DNA of 40,030 nucleotides from Anaerolineae bacterium (lineage in GTDB: Bacteria > Chloroflexota > Anaerolineae > S140-20), in assembly GCA_027021705.1 (NCBI GenBank), contig JALUTT010000082.1, positions 1-40,030 on the forward strand, given 5' to 3'. Below the pieces are notes generated by a model. That model worked only from the letters and a program-made list of their open reading frames with translations, was not told the origin of the DNA and did no database searches. Below are positions 8,611-19,400 of the stretch, piece after piece; the stretch's first letter is position 1, and the number at the start of each line of letters is the position of its first letter. The position numbers were made by a program, and so were the translations under genes.

Positions 8611-10929
8611 TTAGGGGAGGGTTAGCGTCGCCGCATCGTCGGGCAGAACTCGGCCCCCCTCGTCGGTGACGGGGAGCCTCTGACCATCGGGCCAGGTGTA
8701 GAGTCCCACCCGGAGGTGGTGGCCCTGCAGGTTCACTCCGGCAGGCAACGCCAGGGGGTGCTTGTCTACGATCCGATCACCAGGCTGCCACCAGGAAGCA
8801 GGATAGTCTCCATCGCGTGGTGGACCATCGTGCTGGGCCACCAACCGCCCGGTCTCGTCCAGCAGGTGGACGAAGACGGTCAGGTCCTCCGGCGGCGATG
8901 CCAGGGCCTCCCAGTGCAGGGTGACGGTCATAGTGGTCCCGCTCTGGACCAGGTCGTAGCCGTTCAGACGGATCGTCCGGTCAAAGGTGAAGGAAGTTGG
9001 ATGGGCAGGGGCAGGGATGGACCGAGGGTGGGGCACCAGGCGCACCGGCCCCAGTTGGAGCGTCCCCTCCGGCACCGGCCGGCCGTCGGCCAAAAGGGGC
9101 AGTCGCCGGTTGGGATCGTCCGCGTAGAGCCCCACACGGAACCAGTAGAGGGCAGGGACGGCAGCGTTCCTCGGGATGCGCAGCGGGTGTTCCTGGGCGA
9201 CCACCTCTCCCGGCTGCCAGACCGAGGTGGGGTAGCGGGAGGTCCCCAGCCAGGTGTCCAGGCCGGCCACCCGGCGCTCCGGATCCTGGGGGGTCAAGTG
9301 CACGAAGACGGTCAGGTCGGGCAGGATCGTCCTTCCCTCGCGCTGCCAGTAGAGGGTCAGGCGCACCGTCTCCCCCGGACGGGCCGTCTCCGGGGCGAAG
9401 CGATAGCCCAGCAACCGCAGCCCATCGCCGAAACGGGCCTGAAGCGGGATGGCCCCCTCCAGAGCATCCTGAGAGACGACGGGGCTGGCGAAGGCAGGAT
9501 GGAGGTGGCGGAAGGGGACCAAGGCGGCGAAGAGGAAGAAAAGCAAGATGACGCCCCCCTGCCAGACCCCTTGGACGGCCCACCGGAGGCGGGTGACCCA
9601 GGAGGCAGGGATAAGGCGACAGGGTGGGAGAACCTGGAGCCAGCGCCGCCATCCCTCGACGAGAAGGCAGGCGGTGGGGGCCAGGGTGGGGAAGAGGAGA
9701 CGGCCATAGGGGGCCGGCGTGCGCCACAGCCAGAGGAGCAAGGCACCCCCGTTGAGCAGGGCGGCGCTGCCCAGGAGCCAGGCCATACCCGGCGGCCATC
9801 CCGGCTTTCCCGTGGGACAAGGCCGCAGCCAGCCGGTAAGCCCCACCAGTGTGAAGAGCCCCACGGTCACGTACCAGGCGGGGTGGACCAGGATGAGGGA
9901 CCAGCCGAAGGCGGCCCAGTAGCTGCGGAAAGCGCCCCACACCTGCTGCCCCAGAAGGCGCAGTCGGTCCGCCACCGTCCCGCCGGCCGGTAGGGGACGG
10001 TGAGGCCGGAGCCCCAGAGGATCGCCATAGGCCACGCCGTTGTGGGCATACCACCAGCCGGCCACCAGAAGGACGACCAGCCCGCCGATGAGCAACCAAC
10101 TCAGGAGCCGTCGCCGGGGCCATCGGGCGCTGCGGGCCTGGAGGACGAGGGCAAGCCCGGCCGGAGGGAGCAGGAGCAGGGCACTCTGCTTGGTGAGCAG
10201 GGCCAGGCCCAGGAGGAGGGCCAACCCTAACCCCACCGCCCTGCCCCCGTGGGTGAGCAGCCGGCCCATCAGGACGAAGGCCCAGGTGCTGAGGGCGATG
10301 AGGAGGGCATCGTTGGTCACCCCGATGGTGACGAAGAGGTAGGCCGGGTTGAAGGCGACCAGAGCCGTCGCCACCCAGGGCCATCCTTCGGGGTCCGGCC
10401 AGAGCTGACGGGCCAGCATAAAGGTGCCTACGACCGTGATCGCACCCAGCAGGAGGGAGAAGGAGCGCAGCCGACGGACAGCTCGCGCCCAGCCAGCGTA
10501 GGGTGGGCGCTGATCCGCTGTGTGGACGTAGGCGTTCTTGTTGTTCGGGTCCCGTCCCGGTGTGGGCGCCCACCCTCGTGCCCATCCGGGGTTGGGGATG
10601 ACGGCCTGAGCGAAGCCATCGGTCTCCAGGCCGGCAATCAGGGAAGCACCCAGCAGGTAGTAGAGCGGCGGCGCGTAGTAACGGGGGGGCCCCGGTGCGA
10701 TGGTGGGCACCGGTGGCCCCTCCTTGGGTGGTGGTGGCTCTGGAGGAAGACGGCCCATATCGGCGATGTACTTCACCAGCGAGACGTGGGAGGGCTCATC
10801 AGGCGTCTCCAGCAGTGGGGTCTCTCGAAAGTAGAGCCCCCCTAGAAGCAGGAAGAGGAGCAAGAGGAGAAGCAGGATTCCCCCTGGGGGGAAGGCAACG
10901 GGGCAACGGGGACGGCCACCGCGTGTCAT
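8611..10929 (-). CDS. GT-C (ArnT/PMT-like) membrane glycosyltransferase with two C-terminal extracellular beta domains
   Basis: PDEPSH acidic motif after TM1, PPLYY, ND motif, many TM helices; two C-terminal repeats of the L.W...D.TVFVHL...YP...W.PG type. Confidence 0.8.
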   Translation of the reverse strand: MTRGGRPRCPVAFPPGGILLLLLLLFLLLGGLYFRETPLLETPDEPSHVSLVKYIADMGRLPPEPPPPKEGPPVPTIAPGPPRYYAPPLYYLLGASLIAGLETDGFAQAVIPNPGWARGWAPTPGRDPNNKNAYVHTADQRPPYAGWARAVRRLRSFSLLLGAITVVGTFMLARQLWPDPEGWPWVATALVAFNPAYLFVTIGVTNDALLIALSTWAFVLMGRLLTHGGRAVGLGLALLLGLALLTKQSALLLLPPAGLALVLQARSARWPRRRLLSWLLIGGLVVLLVAGWWYAHNGVAYGDPLGLRPHRPLPAGGTVADRLRLLGQQVWGAFRSYWAAFGWSLILVHPAWYVTVGLFTLVGLTGWLRPCPTGKPGWPPGMAWLLGSAALLNGGALLLWLWRTPAPYGRLLFPTLAPTACLLVEGWRRWLQVLPPCRLIPASWVTRLRWAVQGVWQGGVILLFFLFAALVPFRHLHPAFASPVVSQDALEGAIPLQARFGDGLRLLGYRFAPETARPGETVRLTLYWQREGRTILPDLTVFVHLTPQDPERRVAGLDTWLGTSRYPTSVWQPGEVVAQEHPLRIPRNAAVPALYWFRVGLYADDPNRRLPLLADGRPVPEGTLQLGPVRLVPHPRSIPAPAHPTSFTFDRTIRLNGYDLVQSGTTMTVTLHWEALASPPEDLTVFVHLLDETGRLVAQHDGPPRDGDYPASWWQPGDRIVDKHPLALPAGVNLQGHHLRVGLYTWPDGQRLPVTDEGGRVLPDDAATLTLP

Positions 10930-10934
10930 CGCGC

Positions 10935-12119
10935 TCACACCTCCTGAGCCACCTCCCGGAAGAAGGCCACGGTCTGCGCGGCGATCTCCTCCCAACGGAA
11001 ACGGCGGGCCAACCGCAATGCCCCCTGGGAGAGGCGGTTCCAGAGGCGGGGATCACCGGCCACCCGGACGACCGCCCTGGCGATGGCCGGTGCATCCCGT
11101 GGTGGCACCAGCAGCACGTTCTCTCCATCCCGAAGCTCGGGCAGCTCAACTTGGGGATAGGTGGTGATGATGGGGCGACCGTGGGCCAGACAGGCCATCA
11201 GGCTCCCCCGCCGGAAGGAGACGCCATCCACGTAAGGGAGCACGCAGAGATCCACCGTCAGCAGGTAGCCGGAGACGTAGCGGTCGGGCACGAAACCGGT
11301 CCAGCGCACTCGATGCTCCAGGTCCAGGTCCTGAATCAGCGCCCGGATCTGTTCGGCATACGCCTGGTTGGTCGGGTCGCTGCTGCCCACCATCCCTCCG
11401 ATCATCAGCAGGTAGACGGGCCGGGGCAGCAAGGGATCGGCCATCAGCAGGGCCAGGGCGCGGATCAGCGTGTCCACCCCCTTGCTGACGTTGAGGAAAC
11501 CGAAGTAGCCGATGAGGAGGTCTCGGGGGCCGATGCCCAGAGAGCGCCGCCAGGCATCCCGATTGTAGTCGGGCGGCGGGTTGGGGGCGATGTTGCTACC
11601 GATGGGGATCTGGGCAAGCCGCCGGACGGCGCTCTCCCCCCAGCCCTGGATGGTTAGCTCATCCTCCCGGTTGGTCACGATGACCCCATCGGCTTGGGAG
11701 GCCAGGAAGCGGATGGCCCATCGGCGGAGCGGGCCGGCTTTGGGGAAGAGATAGGGGACCTTCAAGTCGTGGAAGGTGACAACCACGCAGGGTCGGGCTT
11801 CGACGCTACGACGCCACCACCAGGGGAGGAAGTGAATGGGGGGACGCATCTGATAAGCAGCCGCCTGGTACTGAATGTTCACCACCTCCAACTCCAGGGA
11901 CTCGACCAGAGAGGTGATCTCGCCCAGCGTCCGCCATCCCCAACGCCGCACGAGGGGATGGACGATGAAGGGGACCGTTTGGGGGCGGGCGTCGGCGTGG
12001 GTGATGACGTGGACCTGGTGCCCCTGATCGGCCAGGGCGTGGGCCAGCTCTCGGGTGAAGTCGCCTACCCCCCCCTGCATCGGCGGGTATTCACCGCTCA
12101 AGAGCCCGATGCGCATCAT
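10935..12119 (-). CDS. Glycosyltransferase family 4 (GT-B)
   Basis: MRIGLLSGEYPPMQGGVGDFT, GYFGFLNVSKG, VLPY...GSLMACLAHGRPIITT; ATGA overlap with upstream stop. The track's extension to 13832 is a shadow frame. Confidence 0.9.
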   Translation of the reverse strand: MMRIGLLSGEYPPMQGGVGDFTRELAHALADQGHQVHVITHADARPQTVPFIVHPLVRRWGWRTLGEITSLVESLELEVVNIQYQAAAYQMRPPIHFLPWWWRRSVEARPCVVVTFHDLKVPYLFPKAGPLRRWAIRFLASQADGVIVTNREDELTIQGWGESAVRRLAQIPIGSNIAPNPPPDYNRDAWRRSLGIGPRDLLIGYFGFLNVSKGVDTLIRALALLMADPLLPRPVYLLMIGGMVGSSDPTNQAYAEQIRALIQDLDLEHRVRWTGFVPDRYVSGYLLTVDLCVLPYVDGVSFRRGSLMACLAHGRPIITTYPQVELPELRDGENVLLVPPRDAPAIARAVVRVAGDPRLWNRLSQGALRLARRFRWEEIAAQTVAFFREVAQEV

Positions 12120-14767
12120 GGTGCCCGTACCTGGATCTGAGCCAGAGGCACCCGTTCCTCGAAGAAGGGTCCCAGGGTCTTCGAGAGAGCAGGAAGCCGG
12201 CCCCGCTCGTCGTAGAGCCCTACCTCCAGGGAATAGCGGCCCGGCGGCAGGTCGGGCGGCAAGGTCACCCGGCGCCGATCGGCGATCACCTCGCCCACGG
12301 CCCAGGTGTACGGCGGCCGGGTGCCGAAGACGGCCCAGCCATCGGTCTGCGGCCCCAGGCGGCCCTGGGCATCGTAGAGATGGATGAAGACCTTGGCTGT
12401 GCTGGTCACCGGCGCCGTCGCCTGCCAGTAGAGGGTCAGGGAGAGCGCCTCGCCAGGGTGTAGGGTGGACCGGGCCAGGTCGAAGCCCAGGAGGCGCAGG
12501 TCGGGCATGCCTTCGCCGCCCCCCGCAGGGCTGCGGAAGGCGACATCCAGCGGACGGGCAATGGAGAGAGGCTCCTGTCGGGGCTCTCCCTGGAGGAACC
12601 AGAAGTGGTAGGGGGCGTAGTGGCGGAAGTCGGGGTTGTCGGCGTCTACGATCAGGCGGACCTCCGTCCGCCGGCCGGTCACGACCTCGGCGGGAACGAC
12701 GAAGAGGCTCTCCAGCCATTCGCCGGGCAGGGGGGGATAGGCCCACCACCCCACCTCCTGGCCGTTCACCACGACGCGCACGGCCCCCGCCTCGCGGGCG
12801 TGGAGCCGGGCGACGATCCAGAGAGGCTCCCGGGATTGCGTCTGCACCTGAAAGGCCATCCCCCCGGTGACCAGCCGTCCGCCGTCCAGCACTTCGACGC
12901 CGGGGTCCGTCCGGTAGCGCATCTGGTAGACCTCGGTGGGGAAGCCGGGCCGGCGGACGGTGTGCCACCAGCGAAGGCGATGGGCAGCCTCGTCGGCCAG
13001 GTCGGCCACGTCCAGCCGGTCCACCAGCCGCAACCCCCGGGTGCGGGCCAGGATGTCGGACTGGTAGAAGCGATCGCCGCTGCCGGCCAGCCGCCAGTCG
13101 GCCCGCCACACGCCCTGAACGGGGCCGGCGCTGGCCACGGCATAGTCGGGCACCTCGACCCGGAAGAGTTCCTGGGCGAAGAGGTCCGTCGCCGCCAGGT
13201 AGGGGATGGAAAAGACGTCGGGGTAGATGGCAAAGTAGTCGGGGCGGTCGGAGGAGCGCTCCATCTGCTCGAAGAGGCTCCCTGCGCCGTGACGCCAGGC
13301 CCGCGTCGTCTCGGCCGTGGTCAGCCCCACCAGGTCGTAAGTGGGGCGCTCCCCCAGGTAGCGCAGGCTGCCCGTATCGTGGACGCCGACCCGGGCTTCC
13401 GGGGGCAGGTGCTCCCGTATCCAGTCCGCCAGAGCCAGTTGCTGCCGGGCCGTGGTTTGAACAGCCCGCCGGAAGGCGGTGAGGGCAGCGTGGGTGGAGC
13501 GCAGGGAACCGACCAGCAGCCAGAGCAGGAGGAGGCCGGCCAGGACCCGCCGTCCGCCCCGCCAGCGGCCCGACTGCTCGGCCAGCACGGCGATGCCGAC
13601 CAAGGCCAGGACCACGGCCAGGGGGATGAAGGGGGCCTGGTAGCGGCCCAGATGCCAGGTGGCGGTGATGAGGGTGGCGGTGCTCAGGGTGCCCAGCCAG
13701 AACCAGGCAGCGGTCAGGAGCAGGGGGAGCCGGCGTCGGTGCAGGACCAGCGCTCCCCAGCCCAGTCCGGCGAGGAGCGTCAGGCCGGGGGCGACGAGGC
13801 TGATGGAGGTCGCCCGCCCCGGCGGTCCCCACCCGTTCAGAACCCGGAGGAAGATGCGCCGGTAACTCAGCAGGATGGAGCGCAGGATCTCAGGCCAGAC
13901 AAAAGGGACGTTGTAGAACCAGGATTTGGCTTGGAGGCCGGTCGAGGAGAAGGTGCCGGTCAGGACCTCGTTGACCAACAGCGGGGTGAGGCCCAGCCCC
14001 ACCGCGAGGAGCAGGTTGGGGCGAGAGGGGCGCCGGGCCAGCGCCTGAATGCCCTGCCACCTCCCCTGGACTCGTTGCCTCGTCGCCCCATCGTCTTGCG
14101 GCCCGATGGCTTCGTTGCCCTGCTGCCCGGTCGCCTCACGGCCTTGGTGCCCCACGAGCCCGATGCCCCAGGCCAGCAGGGCGAGGATGAGCCCTTCGGG
14201 GCGGGTGAGGCCCATCAGACCTAACCAGAGCACGGCCCGCTTCGCCTGCCGTCGGAGCAGAGCGTCCAGGGCGGCCAGGAGCAGCAGGGTGAAGAGGCCG
14301 GTTTCCATGCCCAGGAAGGCCCCCCACTGGACCAGGCCGGTGGCCAGGACGGTCAGCGCGGCGAGGGTCCCCCAGCACCGGGAGTGGCGGAGAGGTGGCG
14401 CCAGGACGTCCCAGAGGCGCCGGGTCCAAAAAGCGATCCCCGCCAGCCAGAGGAGGCCGCTGGCCACGGCCACCAGGACGAGCCGTTCGCCTTGGAAGCC
14501 CAGCCGGTAGAGGCCGGCCAGGAGCCAGGGGTAGAGCAGGCTGGTCATTCCGGTGGAGGGGGGATCCCCATCGTTGTACTGCCAGGGGTGGCCTCGGGCG
14601 ATCTGGCGGGCGTACTGGTAGAAGATGTAGCTGTCATCCAGGGGGGCGACAGGGCGACCTCCGCCGACCTCGCTCATCGTCCCCAGGTAGGCCAGGCTTA
14701 GGGCGATGACCAGGATTCCTATAGACAAGCGGGGCAAGAGCGCTCTAAGCCGATTTTGAGAAATCAC
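12116..14767 (-). CDS. GT-C superfamily membrane protein (DD motif, AftB-like N-terminus) with extracellular C-terminal domains
   Basis: LDDSYIFYQYARQIARG...STGMTSLLY, GMETGLF, LTRPEG, GRY, DLVGLT; multiple TM helices. Confidence 0.75.
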   Translation of the reverse strand: MISQNRLRALLPRLSIGILVIALSLAYLGTMSEVGGGRPVAPLDDSYIFYQYARQIARGHPWQYNDGDPPSTGMTSLLYPWLLAGLYRLGFQGERLVLVAVASGLLWLAGIAFWTRRLWDVLAPPLRHSRCWGTLAALTVLATGLVQWGAFLGMETGLFTLLLLAALDALLRRQAKRAVLWLGLMGLTRPEGLILALLAWGIGLVGHQGREATGQQGNEAIGPQDDGATRQRVQGRWQGIQALARRPSRPNLLLAVGLGLTPLLVNEVLTGTFSSTGLQAKSWFYNVPFVWPEILRSILLSYRRIFLRVLNGWGPPGRATSISLVAPGLTLLAGLGWGALVLHRRRLPLLLTAAWFWLGTLSTATLITATWHLGRYQAPFIPLAVVLALVGIAVLAEQSGRWRGGRRVLAGLLLLWLLVGSLRSTHAALTAFRRAVQTTARQQLALADWIREHLPPEARVGVHDTGSLRYLGERPTYDLVGLTTAETTRAWRHGAGSLFEQMERSSDRPDYFAIYPDVFSIPYLAATDLFAQELFRVEVPDYAVASAGPVQGVWRADWRLAGSGDRFYQSDILARTRGLRLVDRLDVADLADEAAHRLRWWHTVRRPGFPTEVYQMRYRTDPGVEVLDGGRLVTGGMAFQVQTQSREPLWIVARLHAREAGAVRVVVNGQEVGWWAYPPLPGEWLESLFVVPAEVVTGRRTEVRLIVDADNPDFRHYAPYHFWFLQGEPRQEPLSIARPLDVAFRSPAGGGEGMPDLRLLGFDLARSTLHPGEALSLTLYWQATAPVTSTAKVFIHLYDAQGRLGPQTDGWAVFGTRPPYTWAVGEVIADRRRVTLPPDLPPGRYSLEVGLYDERGRLPALSKTLGPFFEERVPLAQIQVRAP

Positions 14768-15746
14768 CTTCGACCTTTCTCGACTTCAGCCGGCTCTCCA
14801 GCACCTGCCGGTAGGCAGCGATGCGTTGGGCCCGCAAGGGGCGCTTGTGGCCGACCAGCCATTTGGCCCCTTCGACCCCCATTTGCCACAGGTAGTTGCC
14901 CAGCAGGAAGCCCCGCAGGAGGGCAGCCGCCACAGGACCGTGGTACTTGCGGGTGTAGCGCACCTTGCTGGTCTGGAAGTGGATGTGGCGGGCTGCCACC
15001 ACCTGCTCGCTGCTCTTGCCCACGTGGTGGACGATCTGGGCCGACGGCAGGTAGACGATGCGCCAGCCGGCCGCCTTGAAGCGCCGACACCAGTCCAGCT
15101 CCTCCGAGTACATGAAGAAGCCCTCATCCAGCGGCCCCACCTGCCGGACCGCCTCACGCCGGGCCAGCATCGCCGCGCCGGTCACCCAGTCCACCTCCTG
15201 GATCTCCCCGTCGGGCCGGTCCAGGACGTAGTACCGCTCCAGGAGGCGGCGGGGTGCCCAGGGCTGGAGCCAGGTGCTCTCGAAGAAGAGGGTCGGCAGC
15301 GTCGGGAAGCGGCGACGGGAGGATTGGACGGAGCCGTCGGGATTCAGGAGCTGGGGGCCGATGAGCCCCACATCGGGATGGCGGTCGGCGTAGGCCACCA
15401 TCGTGCTCAGCGCATCGCCCACGACCTCGGTGTCCGGGTTGAGCAGCAGGAGGTAACGCCCCCGGGCAATGGCAATGCCCTGGTTGTTGGCCGCCGGGAA
15501 GCCCCGGTTGACTTCGTTGACGAGGAGCCGGACCTGGGGGAAGCGGTCCCGCACCATCGGGACGCTGCCGTCGGTGGAAGCGTTGTCCACGACGATGACC
15601 TCAAGCCCAGGCCGCCCCCCCCAGGAGGCGTAGACCGAGGCCAGACAGCGACGCAGCAGCGGCTCCACGTTCCAGTTGACGATGATGACGGAGAGGGAGG
15701 TGCCGGATGCTGAACGTTGGGCGTCAGGCGATCCGCTAGCCCTCAT
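14745..15746 (-). CDS. Glycosyltransferase family 2 (WbbL-like)
   Basis: SVIIVNWN, VVDNASTDGS, LLLNPDT, DWVTGAAML, FFMYSEELDWC. Confidence 0.9.
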   Translation of the reverse strand: MRASGSPDAQRSASGTSLSVIIVNWNVEPLLRRCLASVYASWGGRPGLEVIVVDNASTDGSVPMVRDRFPQVRLLVNEVNRGFPAANNQGIAIARGRYLLLLNPDTEVVGDALSTMVAYADRHPDVGLIGPQLLNPDGSVQSSRRRFPTLPTLFFESTWLQPWAPRRLLERYYVLDRPDGEIQEVDWVTGAAMLARREAVRQVGPLDEGFFMYSEELDWCRRFKAAGWRIVYLPSAQIVHHVGKSSEQVVAARHIHFQTSKVRYTRKYHGPVAAALLRGFLLGNYLWQMGVEGAKWLVGHKRPLRAQRIAAYRQVLESRLKSRKVEGDFSKSA

Positions 15747-15954
15747 CGGTGGGGGGTGAGGATTCAATTTGCTCCAGGAGCTGGCGGACATCTTCCAGCT
15801 CCTCTTCCAGGGCATCCATCTCCGCGACCATCGCCGGCGGGATAGAGTGTGCCGGGAACCGCCGACGCAGGTCCTCCAGGCGTGCTTCTAACCGGGCGAT
15901 CCGCGCCCGAATCTCCTCCACCCGCTCGTGCTCCTCACGCTTATTCTCCCCCAT
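15736..15954 (-). CDS. Small coiled-coil protein (PAHS motif), hypothetical
   Basis: 72 aa; two amphipathic helices around FPAHSIPP; overlaps both neighbours; GAGGGGAG RBS. Confidence 0.65.
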   Translation of the reverse strand: MGENKREEHERVEEIRARIARLEARLEDLRRRFPAHSIPPAMVAEMDALEEELEDVRQLLEQIESSPPTDEG

Positions 15955-16384
15955 GCTCCCCCTCTTCGATAATCTCGTAGGTATAGTCAATCTTGGCCGT
16001 CTTCCCCAGCATTGCCGAGGCAGAGCAGAAGGTCGTTTCCGACATCTCGATGGCTCGACGGACCTTCTTCTCCGCCAGGCCGCGTCCGCGAACGATGTAC
16101 TGGATGTGGATTTCGGTGTAGACCTTGGGGTGATGGGCGGCTCGTTCGGCGGAAACTTTGACCTCCAGGCCGGTGACCTGCTGGCGCATCCGCTGCTTGA
16201 GGATGAAGATGACGTCCATCGCCGTGCAACCGGCCAGCCCCATCAACAGCAGCTCCAGGGGGCGGGCACCCGTGTCCCGTCCCCCAACGCTAGGCGCCCC
16301 GTCCAGGACAATGGCGTGGCCGGAGCCGGCCTCGGCGACGAACTGCATGCCTGCAACCCAGGTGACTTGTGCAGTGCTGGTCAT
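15941..16384 (-). CDS. OsmC/YhfA family protein
   Basis: GARPLELLLMGLAGCTAMDV and second Cys in TFCSAS; RBS GGAGGAG. Confidence 0.92.
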   Translation of the reverse strand: MTSTAQVTWVAGMQFVAEAGSGHAIVLDGAPSVGGRDTGARPLELLLMGLAGCTAMDVIFILKQRMRQQVTGLEVKVSAERAAHHPKVYTEIHIQYIVRGRGLAEKKVRRAIEMSETTFCSASAMLGKTAKIDYTYEIIEEGEHGGE

Positions 16385-16407
16385 AGGGGTCTCCTCCGAT
16401 GATGGTG

Positions 16408-16468
16408 TGTGAGGCATGATGCGTGATGCGTGCCACGTAAGCGTGATGGGTAATGCGTGTTGCGTAGG
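16408..16468. repeat. Degenerate heptamer tract (GATGCGT-like)
   Basis: gatgcgt gatgcgt gccacgt aagcgt gatgggt aatgcgt gttgcgt; resembles the reverse complement of the TCACG family. Confidence 0.7.
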
Positions 16469-16475
16469 ATGAACG

Positions 16476-19400
16476 TTACGTCGAGGCGGCCGGGAGCCAG
16501 ATGGTGAAGGTACTGCCCTCCCCGACGGTACTCTCCGCCTCGATGCGTCCTCCGTGCAGGGCGACCAGCCGCTGGGCGATGGTCAGACCGATGCCCACCC
16601 CTGGCTGCTCCAGCTTCTCCCGGTCTACCTGGTGGAAAGGTTTGAAGATGTGCGGAAGCTCACCGGGTGGGATGCCAATCCCTTCGTCCTGCACGGCGAT
16701 CCCCACCTCGCCGTTCTGGACCTCCAGCCGGAGCGTGATCTGGTTGCCCTTCTGCCGACTGAACTTGATGGCGTTGTCCAGGAGCCGGCCCAGGGCATCC
16801 TGCAGGTATTCCTCGTCGGCAATGACGGGGGGCGGTGGGGAGGCGACCTCGAACCGGATCTTCAGACCGGCCTTCTCCGCGCGGGGGGTGTAGCGCTCCA
16901 CTACAGCAGCGACCAAGTTCTGGAGGGCGGTCACCCGTCGGCGACGCACCTGATAGGTTTCGGCGGCCGTTCCCGTCTCCAGGTTGACCAGGAGCAGGAA
17001 GTCCAGGACCAGCCGGCGCAGGCGCTCGCTCCCCCGCCGGATGCCATGCAACATCTGTTGGAACTCTTCGTCGTCCAGGTGGGCACCGCCCTCGGCCAGC
17101 ATATCGCTGTAGGCCGTGATGTAGGTGAGGGGTGTGCGAAACTCGTGGCTGAGGAGGGTGAGGATCCGCTCGCGTAGCCCGATGACCTCGGCCTCGTGAG
17201 CCGCTTTCATCTCCGCGTAGCGTCGGAGACGGGCCTCTACGATGGTCAACAACTCATCGGGGTCAAAGGGCTTCACCAGGTAGTCCTCAGCGCCCATCTC
17301 CTTCCCCTTCAGGATTGTCTTTCGCTCCCCCCGAGCGGTGAGGAAGATGAAGGGGATGGAAACGCCGTCGGGGCGGGAGCGGACCGCTTCGAAGAAGGCA
17401 AACCCATCCATCCGGGGCATCATCACGTCGGAGACGATCAGGTGGGGGCGAGCCTCCTCCAGCCGCTCCAGGGCCTCCTGACCATCCCGGGCCGTCCAGA
17501 CCTGATAGCCGGCGCTGATGAGCCATTCGGAGAGGCCGGCGAGCAGTCGGGGGTCATCGTCCACCACCAGGAGCCGCCACCCTCCCTTCTCCGGCTTCCT
17601 GGAGGGAAGAGCGGGCTCCTGCACAGGAGCCGTCTCCTCCCGAACGACCAAGGCCGGCAGGTAAAGAGTGAACGTGCTGCCCTTTCCCACCTGGCTTTCC
17701 ACCATAATCCGCCCACCATGGCGGTGGATGATCTCCTGAGCGATGGAGAGCCCCAGACCGGTCCCCGGCACACCTCGCTGTCGGACCTCGCGCCCCCGGA
17801 AGAAGCGCTCAAAGATGCGAGGTTGCTCATCCGGCGGAATGCCGATGCCGGTGTCGGAGACGCTGAGGCAGACCATCCCCCCTTCAGCCCAGACCCGCAC
17901 CGTAACACGTCCTCCGGCCGGTGTGTAGTTCAAGGCGTTGGTGATCAGATTACTGACTGCCTGGATGATCTGCTGACGATCGGCCCGGACCAGGGGCACC
18001 GTCTCCGGCAGTTCGGCGTGCAGGGTCAGCCCACGGGCGGCCGCCACGCTGCTGAAACGGGCGAGGAGATCGCGAATGAGCGCGGAGAGCACCAGGGGTT
18101 CAGGGCTGTACTCCACCTGGGCTTCTAGGCGGGAGAGGTCTAGGATGTCCTCGATGAGGCGCTCCAGCCGCATCGTCTCCCGTTCCAACACAGCCAGGTA
18201 GGCAGCGTGGTGCTCGGGAGGTGCCGTGTGCAAGAGACCTAGGTAGAGCTTGATGTTGGTCAGGGGAGTGCGCAACTCGTGGGAGACGTTGGAGATGAAC
18301 TGACTCTTCAGGCGATCCACCTCTTTCCACTGGCTGATGTCCCGCTGGCTGCCGATAAAGCCCACCACCTTCCCTTCCTCGTCGCGGAGGGGGACGATGG
18401 TCAGATCGGCATCGTAGAGAGAGCCGTCCTTGCGTCGGTTGATGACCTCTCCGTGCCAGACCTCCCCCCGCAGGATGGTGGACCACATCTCCTGGAAGAC
18501 CTCATCGGGCACCTGCTTGCTGTTCAGGAGGCGGGTGTTCTGTCCGATCAACTCTTCCTGGCTGTAACCGGTCAGGCGAGCGAAGGCGGGGTTGGCGTAC
18601 TGGATGTTGCCCTCCACGTCGGTGATGACGATGGCATCGGCGACGTTCTGCAAGATGGCCTCCGTCTGTTCTTTCTCTGCCCGCAGTTGGGCCGTGCGTC
18701 GAGCGACTTCTTCCTCCAAGATGGCCGCGTGACGGCGTACTTCCTCGTAGAGTCGTGCTTTCTCGATAGCCATCGCCGCCTGATCGGCCACGGTGAGCAG
18801 CATCTGCTGGATCTCCTCGCTGATGGTCTCCTCCTCTGTGGCCGCCAGAATGGTGCCCAACAGCCGTTGCTGGCTTCGGATGGGCACGCTGATATTGCAA
18901 CGGGTGCCGTAAAGGCGCTGGACGGCATCAGCAAGAGGACGAGGGATGATGGGATGCACGAAGACGGCAAAGGAGGTCTCGATCCAGGGCTTGCCCTCCA
19001 ACAGGTTCCGATAGCCGGGGTTCTCCTCCGGGTCGAAGCGGAAGCTGAGGCTCCAGGGATCAAGTCCCAGCATGTCCAGGGCTCGGCGAAGCAACGCCCC
19101 TCGGGGATAGGTGGCGACCGGTCGAAAGGCATCCTCCTCGGCATCGTAAAAGGTCACGAGGGCGGCCTTGAAGCCCAGGTGGGTGACGATGCCTTCCGCC
19201 ACCACTTCCATGATCCGGGAGAGGTCCAGTGTCTCGGAGATCGCCCGATCCACCTTGCGCAGGGCGGCCAGGTGGTCTCGCTGACGGGCAGTTTCCTCTA
19301 GGAGGCGTCGGTTGGTAATGGCAACGGCCAGCGCATCGGCGATGGGGCGCAGGACCTCCAGATGGCGTTGGTGGAAGGCATTGCGGCGACGGCTGGCCAG

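Noticed and set aside
12120..13832. N-terminal extension making a 965-aa GT4
   Set aside because: Shadow frame over the GT-C gene; low-complexity R/P/G sequence; the GT4 fold starts at 12119.
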